Source: Octopus vulgaris (lineage: Eukaryota). From it: a stretch of DNA of 64,000 nt. The stretch is taken from contig OX597832.1 of NCBI GenBank assembly GCA_951406725.2, forward strand, positions 6,324,001 to 6,388,000. The letters run 5' to 3'. The notes beneath the pieces were generated by a model. The model made no database searches. It saw only the letters and a list, made by a program, of their open reading frames with translations, and had not been told where the DNA came from. Each line of letters opens with the position of its first letter. Position 1 is the stretch's first letter. The position numbers and the translations under genes are program-made. Positions 53,420 through 64,000 of this stretch are shown piece by piece.

Positions 53420-53960
53420 CTAGGAAACTTGCTAGAACAAAGTCAATACTGATAGATAAATTCTATAATTTAGATGACATGAATAGAGTTGAAAGTGAAG
53501 CTAGTGAGGTGTGTAATGACTGAGGTAAAGTGTAGCAAAAGCAATTTAAGGAACTATTAGCCTTGGCAAGAGAGAAAGGTTTCTAGCTCTTCTGGAAATT
53601 TGAACATATGAAATATTCATACAATGTTGACAGTAAATGCAGATGATATGCAGTGATTATAGAAGACTAACTTAATGATATGCATAATATTTTGTTTCAG
53701 TAAAGATAAGATGTAATTTTGAAAAGATAAATCAAATGAATTCCAAAAGTATCGAGTGAGACAGAACACACTTAGGCATGGACATGTAATGTAAGTTAAC
53801 AAATGAAAAAGCGTTAAGAGTTTGTGATGAGATAATCTCATGATAGAGTGGACTAAGGAATACTCAGTAGTTTCAAGCTTAAAAGATGGCATATAATCAT
53901 GATGCAGAAGATGTAGTTGCAGGCTTAAAATGAAAATTACATACAATCAAGGTATGTGGA
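53420..53960 (+). mobile_element. Very old RTE LINE C-terminal fragment
   Basis: KQFKELLALAREKGF parallels AKFRELLSLLVTKSL at 47.6 kb. Confidence 0.55.
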
Positions 53961-55740
53961 AAAGATAATGCCAGATCAAGACATATATATCGATTTATTT
54001 TTCAGTTCATCAGTAAAGGAAGACCAGTACATATGAGCTTTTTACAGTGCCTCTGAGACTGATGAGGGTAAAAAAGGGGGGAACAATTGAGCAAATTTGG
54101 CTGTGTAATTGAATAATTTAAGATTCCACTGTATGCCAACTTGGGTGAGTATCTTCTACTCTAGCCACAGGTCAACCAATGCCTTGAGTGGAATTCAGTA
54201 GATGGAAACAATGAGGAAGCCAGATGTGTGCACACACACACACACCAATGAGAAAATCCAACAAACTGCTTCGGAATGAAAATATGTGGTATTTTTCCGC
54301 CAGAATTACACATTGACTCTTGTCATCCTTAACATCAGAAATGCACTGAACTATTGACAGGATTGTTGGAAACCTGTAACTAGCACATACCTAGCCTGAA
54401 TGCTAAAACCCCACTCACTAAAGGCTAGGTGGTGATGTTAAGCTAGGCAACAGACTGAATTTATAACCCAGACAATGTAGTATTGAGTTAAATATACAAA
54501 ATGTAACAACTGTATAAAGCAAATTTAACAAAACTATGAACAATAAAGCAATGGTGATATATTTTATTGTTATAAGTCTCTTTATCAAAGTCTGTTGCTT
54601 TTATTCCAAGCTCTTAAAGTGAAAGATCAGAATGATAAATTGCCACAAGAGACAAATTTGACAGGGAAGAGTCAGAAAATTAAATCATAAAAATTTTATT
54701 TAACAATATCTTTTAACAGATTAACATCCATTTCATCTGTGGTAACATTAGCTATTCTCCAAATTCAGATATATGTATGAATTCTAACTAATAACTATTA
54801 TGACTCAACGAAGAAAAAAGAAGACAAAAAATACATTGTTAAAGAAATAACATTTGTTTTTCTATTAAAAAGGATTTGAATTCAAGACTGCAAGCTAACA
54901 ATGCAATTATCAATCATACAGCACCATGTCTGCCTACATTTATCCCATTTTGATATCCATGTACAGTAGGATGGAAAGAGCCACCAAGAAATAAGATTGC
55001 CAGTTAAAGTACAACAAAAGCAGAAGACGCAAAACACTTAACCTTCAGGATTGGACAAACACACAATTCTGTCATCTAAACTTTCATTCAAAAGATGACA
55101 AAACTTCAAAAATAAAATATGAATGACAAAAGGTGACAAGAGACTTGGATTTTTTTTTAATGTAAGTTATATGATAATGCAAGATGTATTTTTTTACATG
55201 AAAGTTAATACATCATCAGCCATTCTTTTCTTTTTTCAGAAGCAATTACAAAAGTGAATGAGTGAAATGTATGCCATTTCTTCCCCCTAAATTTAGAAAC
55301 TTGTAAACGAAATTGAATATCAATTTTACTGATATTATAGTATTATGAAGAGTGAGAAATCAATAACGAAACAATAAGATTAATCTATTATTAATGAAGG
55401 AAACTTTTAAATTAAAATAGAAATTGAAATTTTCCTAATGAGTTTATTTTTTACTTCTCCCTTAATCATGAACCTAATTAATTAGAATATGCTTCTGAAA
55501 CCTTTGAATGGTTGATTTCTTGCAAAGATAAAGTACATTGAAAATGCTGTTCATTTTGAAGTTTAGAGCTTTTGGTTCAGATCTCACCTCGTAAGTTTTT
55601 CATCTCTCCAGGAGCAATTTAAAAATTAAGAGAAAGAGAAGCAACTCAGGTGACTAAAACATTTTCCAAAATGTGCAGTAAAAAATGACAACAGATCAAG
55701 TTCAGACCAGCAGTAAAGATTATATTTTATCAATCAATTC

Positions 55741-56184
55741 TTTCTAATTTTGGCACAAGGCAAGCAACTTTGAGGGGGGAGAGCATATCAAATACATTGA
55801 TGCCAGTACTTGACCACTACTTATTTTATCAACCACCAAAATATTTGAAAGGCAAAGTTGACCTTGGTGGAATTTTAACTCAGAATGGAAAAAATTGAAA
55901 GAATCTCTGATAAGCATTTTATCAAATGCCTTAACAATTCAGCCAGCCCACCACTTTCAATCAATCATATTGGTTTCAAATTTAGGAACAAGGTCAGCAA
56001 AGAGGGGGAGGGGGTAATTAAATTACATCAGCCCTAGTGTTCAACTGGTATTTCTTTTATTGACTCCAAAAGGATGAAAGACAAAGTGGACCTCAGCGGA
56101 ATTTGAACTCAGAGCATAAAGACAGACAAAATGCTGCTCAGTATTTTTCCTGGTATGCTAGCAACTCTGCCAGCTTGCCATCTT
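55741..56184 (-). mobile_element. Two tandem SINE family A copies
   Basis: Both match the family; aatcaatcatat flanks the second copy and tcaatcaat precedes the first. Confidence 0.88.
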
Positions 56185-56191
56185 GAATCAA

Positions 56192-56837
56192 TCATATCTT
56201 ATAATATTACTGCTTGTCATTCTATTACTTATCCCATCAGTAATGCTTTCACATGATTAGAGAAAAAGTGGGAGAGAGAAGCGTCCGTGATGTGAGGTAG
56301 AGGGAATGTAATTGTAATGCTTTCAAGTAATTAGTTGAAGGGAAAGAGACGAGAAAGAAAAAGGAGAGAGGAAGATAAGGCGGAGAGTGAAACAGAAAGA
56401 GGGAGAAAGAGAGAGAGATAGAGAGGGAGAGAGAGTGGTGATGGTATCTTTTTTTTAATTGAACTAAGTTTTTTATATCCTATCACTTAACGTATACACA
56501 TAAGGGCAATTCTGTGAAATTTTCATGCTTATTTACATGGCAGATATAATGCAATTTAACTAAAGGTTGTATCATATGTACAGGATACTTTTTTTATGGG
56601 AAAAAATGGAAAAATAAAAGTGAATATTTGTTTTATAAGCCTATAAAATTGTGCATAAAGTATATAAAGTGTATTAAGTTATCATTGTATTCCAATTTCT
56701 TTCACTTTTCAGTGAGTAACAGATGAGTGACTATTTTTCCATACAGACACAACAAGGTTATACTTTCAGGTTTTTTGGATAAAGTTTTCAGAAATAACCC
56801 AATAGGTTTACCATGAAATATTCACGGGTCCTGCTAG
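56192..56837 (+). mobile_element. Non-autonomous Helitron (3' end clear, 5' end tentative)
   Basis: Hairpin acc(a)tgaa-ata-ttcacgggt followed by cctgCTAG and host T; candidate A/TC start near 56192-56197. Confidence 0.55.
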
Positions 56838-59081
56838 TTAATAATTAATATAGCTAATGAAGTAGTGTGACTCAAAGAAGCATTTCTATTCAACCAATTT
56901 TCAAAATAGTTTGGGTGGTCTGTAGGATTAAATAGATTATAAGAAGCTCAACCAGGTCACTCTTTTAAACATGCAAGATATATAACTGTTAAAGTCTATC
57001 CTTGAAAATTCATTATTAATTTATAAATTACCTCACTACCAAGCTTATCACAGTCTGTGGCCTGGCATGAATTTTAAAGGATTCTAAATTTGCTAATTTT
57101 ACAAGCTATCAAAAGAATTCCTCCTCATCCCTCAGTCTCTGCTTAGAAATACTTCAATGATAAATACATTTATTAGCCACACCCCGCAAAGGAGCTTTGC
57201 ACCAGGTTGAGATTCACAATTCTATCAAAAAGAAATGAGATTCTATCAATACTTTTCATTTTAATGAGTTTAAGGATTAAGGATGATCTTAAAAACATCT
57301 GATCCATTTGCTTGCATCAAAATAAACTGGACTTAAATTTTCCAAAGATTAGAATGCTTTGTATGCTGTCAAGAAACCCATTAAGTTTTAAGAAAGAGCT
57401 TAATCAATACAAGTTATTAAAAGTACTTTCTTTTATGCAAAAAACAAGTTCTATTCATGAGATAATTCAACAGTTGTTATATTTATGGATGGACATTTTA
57501 ATGTAATTTTAAGCTTCTTCACATAATGAAAAAGGTTTGTATTGCCCTTCAATAAATAAAATCATTCTATTGATTTCTGAGTAATCCAACCAAAAAGCTG
57601 ATAAAACTCAATAGTCAGCTTTGTGCGTAAATGCTAGACAGAAATGGGAATCAGATATATTATTTGATTAAATGTTGTGGTTAGTCTGAACACATGAGAT
57701 TAAAATGCAGTCTGTCACTGTCATATATTTTCCCTTTTATAATAAAGATGAAAGCACTTTAATTTCTTGCTATTGTTTATATGTTGAGCTACTACTTTTA
57801 ATTAAATCTGTGTAATGAGCTAATCTACTTCAACAGTTTTTACTTGGTTATACAATAATTTTAAGTCATTCACAGCCTTGATGATCCATTGATAAATTCC
57901 TTTTCTCAAATGAAAAATTTTCTTAACAATGCATCTCAGCAAAATCTACAGAAGACATTTTTGTATGTTCATCTATCACATTGGTATAACCAATAAATAT
58001 TACTATTCTTGTCATAGTATGTGTTTGTATGTTATACTTAGAAGGGAATCAGTAAGTAGAAACATTTCCGTTTGAAAAAAAAAACTGTTTTCCAGGACAG
58101 AACAGTTAAGTTTCCTGAGCAAAAAGTGAAATTATACATTCATTGATCTTTTGTATTAAAGATCTAGTATTTTTCAATAACTGTTCAGATGCATCATTAG
58201 GAAAGGTACAATACCACCAACTCAAAAGTTTGTGTGTATTGAGTACCAATAACTCATTTCTTTTTGCACAAGTCCACACTGATTCAAAATGCTTTTGCTT
58301 CTCTGAATGCCATATAGTGTCTAACCAGCATGCCACTATCCACTATTACTAAATATTTTTATTCCATAGTAATTTCTCTTTTCTAGTAATATACTTACTT
58401 ATTTGATAATTTTACTTTCAAGGAAAATCCTTTTTTCTTTTTTTTGCAAAAGAAAACACTTTTACCTTCACTTTTGACAAGGTAAACACTTTTGCATTCA
58501 TGTGGTAGCAGAAAGTAAGACAGTATTCTAGTTATTTATCTTTTATTAACCTTTTGTTCTGATGCAAGAAGACTTAGGAAAAATTTGGTGTACCTATGAT
58601 ACACATTAGAATGAGCAAGTTGCAACTGAATCATACATCATAAAATTGACAGATTCTATCCTCCTTTTCATGGTTTACAATTCAGAAATGAGATTAAATT
58701 ATTGCCATAATGATGAAATACAACTTCCCCCTCTGCAGTTTTATTTTGAGGGAGTAAAGCTATTCTTTGATTCAACTGAGTTACCCAACAATCTTAGGAA
58801 AAATATCTGAAATTAAAACTACAACTTACTTTTCCTGCAAAAAATTACAGATAAGGATCTGGTTTCTAAATTCAAAGAATAATTACCATTCTATTCTATA
58901 TCCAGTATAAACCTAACTTTATATTATTGATGTGAATGAAACTTTAAGATAGCAGATAGAAATACCTTAAAATTCAGAATGTTTGTCTTATGTAATGAAT
59001 ACAATATAAAAAATTATGATTTGTACAACCCACATACTGAACCATATAAAAGCATGCAATTCATACAGCTACTAAAACACA

Positions 59082-59315
59082 TACTCTTTTACTCTTCTAC
59101 TTATTTCAGTCATTTGACTGTGGCCATGCTAGAACACCGCCTTTAGTCGAGGAAATCAACCCCAGGACTTATTCTTTGTAAGCCTAGTACTTATTCTATC
59201 GATCTCTTTTGCCGAACCGCTAAGTTACGGGGACGTAAACACACCAGCATCAGTTGTCAAGCGATGTTGGGTGGGGAGAAAACACAGACACATAAACACA
59301 CACACATACACACAC

Positions 59316-59346
<31 letters not shown>

Positions 59347-59509
59347 CAACAGGCTTCTTTCAGTTTCCGTCTACCAAATCCACCCAAAAGGCTTTGGTCA
59401 GCCCAAGGCTATAGTAGAAGACACTTGCCCAAGGTGCCACGCAGTGGGACTGAACCCAGAACCATGTGATTGGTAAGCAAGCTACTTACCATACAGCCAC
59501 TCCTGCGCC
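59082..59509 (-). mobile_element. SINE family B, full length and well preserved
   Basis: Reverse complement of 5979-6371 along its whole length. Confidence 0.9.
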
Positions 59510-59593
59510 TATGTGCAGTTTGTAAAAATACAATTCCTCATACTGCACTTAAGATGCGGTTCTAAAATCAGGCAATAAAATTTTCTTATAAAC

Positions 59594-59998
59594 AATGAAA
59601 TCACCACTGTATATATTGAGGAACGTGGAACCCCTTCAGAAAATAGAGACATTGTAATTCGACTAAGAAATGCCCCACCAACAAAGAACTCATATTTACC
59701 TTGATATTTTAACTCAAAATCTTGCCCTCTTTTATTTCCCAATGTGAGATTGGCTGGCACAATGATATGCAGTATACTGAAACGCATACTCATGTGGCTA
59801 TGCAAGAGTTCCGTAATTTTATTACATGCAGAAAGGCTTCAAAGTTATTCAAAGATCAGGAAGGCTTTTTCAACAATATTTAATCGATGCAAAGAGTGCC
59901 ATTTCCAGTTTGTAAGAAAAAACTAATTGCAGCTTCAAGTCAAACAATACAATGGACTGATTGATCATCATGTAGCTAAAGAAGACCAAGTTTTATTA
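59594..59998 (+). pseudogene. Helitron Rep/helicase N-terminal fragment
   Basis: NEITTVYIEERGTPSENRDIVIRL...CPLLFPN / EIGWH...RSGRLFQQYLIDA...QFVRKN*LQLQVKQYNGLIDH across frameshifts; the motif order matches RepHel. Confidence 0.8.
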
Positions 59999-59999
59999 T

Positions 60000-60228
60000 A
60001 AAGCAGCAAACTGGCAGAAATATGAGCACATTGAACAAAATGCCTAGCAGTATTTCTTTCAACTTATTACATTCTGAGTTCAAATTCTGCCAGGGTCAAC
60101 TTTAGTCTTCATCCTTCAGGGAAGGGTAGGGGTGACAAAATAAGTACTAGCCAAGTAATTAATTTGCCCCTCAATATAAATTAACTTGCTCTTCCTCTCA
60201 AAATTGCTAGCCTTGTGGCAAAATAAAA
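60000..60228 (+). mobile_element. SINE family A
   Basis: Family match; attataaag on both sides. Confidence 0.82.
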
Positions 60229-60480
60229 GAATTATAAAGGCAATACTACATGTTATCTCATGTTATCTATATCCTAATTTTAAATATCCTCAACCCATTA
60301 TGTAACTCCAATCATAAAATTGATTTAGCATAATGAAATAAAATTAAGAACATATACAAATATTTCCAAGTGTTATAAGTAGAAAATTTATAAAATGAAA
60401 ATTCCACAAGTATTTTAAAAGCCTAAAATAATATAAAATTTTTCTGTAAGAAATTTGATAGAAAATATAATAGTTTTGTT

Positions 60481-60720
60481 GTCTGCAGCATGGAGAGCTA
60501 CATATGCTGTGTACACAGTCCAGTGCACAAAGTGAAACAAATATTATACACCATTATTTGGCCATTATACCTCCAGATAAAAGAACATCTCCACATTATC
60601 CAAGAAACACCTTGACAAATGCAGGGACAAGGCCATAAACTATAGTCTCAGAAGCTCAACCATCAGTACCAACCTTAAATTGTATGAGATACTGCAGTTA
60701 TTATAGTCACTATGACTGAA
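60481..60720 (+). pseudogene. Decayed PLE GIY-YIG remnant
   Basis: TYAVYTVQCTK*NKYY then WPLYLQIKEHL, matching VY...C..C...Y.G.T.RPL..RIKEH. Confidence 0.55.
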
Positions 60721-61461
60721 GTATTTGAATATGCATCACAGTCTAAAGACACAATCTACAAGCTCCAGATTTTACATCTCTCACAAATGGTCTTTTGACC
60801 ACTACCTCTACACAGAACTGGCATGTCAAGATAACAGATTTATTCTTCTTGATATTTTAGCAGTTTTGAAAAGGTGTTTTGTTTACCCAAAATATCTAAT
60901 TAAATATTTCTAAGGTAACATTTCATTATTTTCACTGATGTTATTGTTATTAACTGTTTGAGCTGCATTACTGTAGCTTTCTATAACACACCAAGTTTTA
61001 CTGAAATTTAATTTTTACAACTGTATTACAACTGATATTTTCTTTTTAGTATTCTAGTGTAATCATATGGTTTTAGGCCTTTTGAACAATACAGAAATGA
61101 AAACAATGAAGAGGCAAATATCAAATATTTAATTAAATTCACTAAGTCACAAAACACTATATTTGGTTAAAAGTCAGAGAGATTGGACAATAATACTCCA
61201 AAAGCAAGATTCAAGTTCACTATGAAGGAGAATATGGTGGTTTCTTAAAGTGAAGTAGTAGAAATTACAGTGCAAGTTGTTTAAAGAAATGTATATCAAA
61301 CTAGATAAGAGATAATTCAAAGGAACATTCCAATATTTAAAAGATTAGAAAAAGAAAGCAATTCAAAAGTATTCACTTTATATGGAAAGAAGTTAAAAAT
61401 AGTAACTGAAATAACTTACTGATGACATTTCTAAATCTTTAACATTTTGAATGATATTCTC

Positions 61462-61493
<32 letters not shown>

Positions 61494-61500
61494 CACGATA

Positions 61501-61690
61501 AAGGCAGTGAGCTAGCCGAATCGTTAGTATGCTGGGTAAAATGCTTACATTCTGAGTTCAAATTCCACCAAGGTCAACTTCACCTTTCATCCTTTCAATA
61601 AATTAAGTATCAGTGGAACGCTGGGGTTGATGAAATCAACTAATCCCCTCCCCAAAAATTTCAGGCCTTGTGCCTTTAGGAGAAAGGATT
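61501..61690 (+). mobile_element. SINE family A
   Basis: aaggcagtgagctagccgaatcgttag...ggccttgtgcctttaggagaaaggatt. Confidence 0.88.
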
Positions 61691-62547
61691 ATCAAACAAA
61701 AAAAGATTTGCATAATAGACCTTAATATTCTCATGACTACATTTTTCATGTAAGACAGACTGCAGCATTTCCAACAGGTTACAAGTTATCAATATTTTAC
61801 CTATAGAATCCAACAAATTTATATAAACTATTTAAGGAAATGAGGGAATAATTTAGAAACTCATAATTAGCCAAACATACACAAATTATTGATATTTTCC
61901 CTTGTATACAGGGAGTAACCATAGAAAATCTAACAAGGCCAATGAAATTTAAAAGCAAGTCTAACTGGATACACTGATATTTTGCAGTATTGATGAAATG
62001 CAGGATTTCCTTGTTTTGGTTCTGCAGATATGCAACGAACATATATCAATAGTTTAGATATGAAGAGTTTCAGCAAGAGCAGTGTCAGCAAGAGCAGTGT
62101 CATTATTCTAGATATCAAAAATGCTTCCATCCATGTTTATCACAAGTACCACCAACTTAAGTCATCACCTACAAGTCCTATCCAGCTCTAATTTCTTGAA
62201 TTAGAGATGTCATCTCAGTATATTCCAATGCAATATGCCAAAAACAAAAAAAATTCATATTCAACTCTATAAACATCAGAATTCATCCTTCTATATTTTT
62301 CTTTACCTACATTACTGATCTTCTTGGTATTAATTGAGCAGGATTAACTAATTAGTTAGTTAATTCTGCACAAATAATACCATTCTTCACTCATCTCAAG
62401 CCTTTCATTCATGTCGTTCATCTATAATCTTGACATCTCATGCCAGATTTACATGATTTGAAAGTAAACCTTGAAAATATCTTCTAATTACAACCTAGTC
62501 AGGAGACCAAATTAAATATTGAGAAACTTGGAAAACCTAAAAATAAA

Positions 62548-63897
62548 ATGAGTCAAGATGGTTTCAAGGCAAAGCTGTCTCCCCTGCAAGAGATACGAAA
62601 CAGGATAAAGGAGAAAACAATAATCTATCAAACTTTTTCGATAAGCAAAGGTAAGATAGATATTGTCACTACAGAACAGGTAGAAAAGGCACTGAAGCCA
62701 ATTTGGAAAGATGTCATATACCTGGCAAGAGGCTCAATGTTTGGTGTTGTGGAGGTGAGATTTCAAGATGCAGTATCAGCAAGAAAAAGGCGGTGACAAC
62801 TATCAGGAGTGAAGAAGTGGTGCTTTTGTCTACTTACCAAGGAATGAGAGCTACAAGAATCAGTATCAAAGAGATCCCACCAGAAATTGATGTGGCCTGG
62901 ATGGCAGGCGCTGTCCTCCTTGGAAATGAAGACAGCATAGTGGTTTTCCAGGCCACAAAAAAGGATAGCGTAAATTGGGACAGACACTGAACCTGATAGT
63001 ACAAGGATCAAATGAGACTTTGGAAAAAAAATCACTGAGTCAATAATAATGGATGAAACAATAATGACAGTCAGGGTCAAAGGCAGAGTTCCACACTGCT
63101 TTAAATGTGGCCTGAAGGGCCACATTAGAGCAGACTGCACTACAAAGATCAAAAAAGCAGAAGAAAAACAAGCAAACAATATGGAGGAGGAAAAAGAAGA
63201 GAAACCAGAGAGTCCCAGAAAGGAAGAAACTAGAAAGGAGGCGGAAGTAGCAGAATCAGAGGATAGATGGGAAAAGGCCACAGGAAGAAAGAGGAAGAAG
63301 ACAAGTGATTTGAACTGAAAAACCCGAACTCACACTCTCTCAGACCCACTCTCCCCCTGCAGACACCAAGCCTATCCATTCCCATCCAACACAAAAACAA
63401 AAGAAATTGTCAAACACACACAAAGAAGTTCAAAACCCCTACTCCAAGTCAAAAAAAAAAAAAGAGGTGTAAAGCCTACATATTATATGGATATGATAAT
63501 GAATTGTTAAATGAAGTGTGGTCATGGGACAACGTGAAGGAAATTGCAACTGCTGGGTTTGATAATGCTACGAAGTTTCACAGGTGTATGTTACCAACTA
63601 AAGAACAGGAGGAAATAATACATTTAAAGACAATTATAGTTCTTGGGAGTTGGATTACGACTGGGATTTACTTCCAAGTTTCACAACTTATGACAGGCTA
63701 TTGGAGGAAACGGGCTTTGATATATTAGAAGGATCAGGTTTTAAAAGGTAGAAAATGGGGCAGCTTGTAAGTGGGGGGAGTAGTTCCATTTCCATTTTTT
63801 GTTCATAGAATCATAATTTTAATTTTTTTTATTGTTATATGTCCCACATGTCTTGTATTGTCCCATCTATGTGCGCCCCTTGTGGGCAATAAAGAAA
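62548..63897 (+). mobile_element. ORF1-only L1/Tx1-like retroelement; frameshifted gag-like protein with zinc knuckle
   Basis: ORFs 62548-62796, 62703-62990 and 63049-63318 join into an RRM-like region plus CFKCGLKGHIRADC and a charged tail; ends with a gccc-cttgt-gggc hairpin, AATAAA and gaaa. Confidence 0.7.
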
Positions 63898-64000
63898 CGA
63901 GTTCAGAGTTGAGTGAAGTTTGTGTTAGTTCGCAGTGAAGTTGGAAGGTGTCGGTTGGTTAGTTCACAAGGAATATTGATTGCTTGTTTATAAAGAGATT

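Noticed and set aside
58106-58336. Protein-like 76-aa minus-strand ORF
   Set aside because: No recognisable motif and no convincing splice boundaries
62763-63281. 172-aa minus-strand ORF
   Set aside because: Antisense shadow of the purine-rich zinc-knuckle ORF; Ser/Phe-rich low complexity

Overview
AT-rich, repeat-dense eukaryotic DNA, intronic or intergenic. The SINE families, RTE LINEs and microsatellite load point to a coleoid cephalopod, most likely Octopus (inference). I recognise no host protein-coding gene, only a few isolated exon-like segments. The window holds two tRNA-derived SINE families (often in tandem), RTE-clade LINEs of several ages, decayed mariners, piggyBac-type and other MITEs, Helitron pieces, an ORF1-only L1/Tx1-like element and three Penelope-like (PLE) relics. 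The most notable signal is a set of minimal hammerhead-ribozyme (HHR) motifs and fold-back structures between about 18.6 and 42.7 kb. It includes a head-to-head palindrome of an element that joins a tRNA-type Pol III head to a PLE-type hammerhead tail, which suggests a SINE mobilised by Penelope-like elements. All alignments were done by eye and coordinates of degenerate repeats are approximate.
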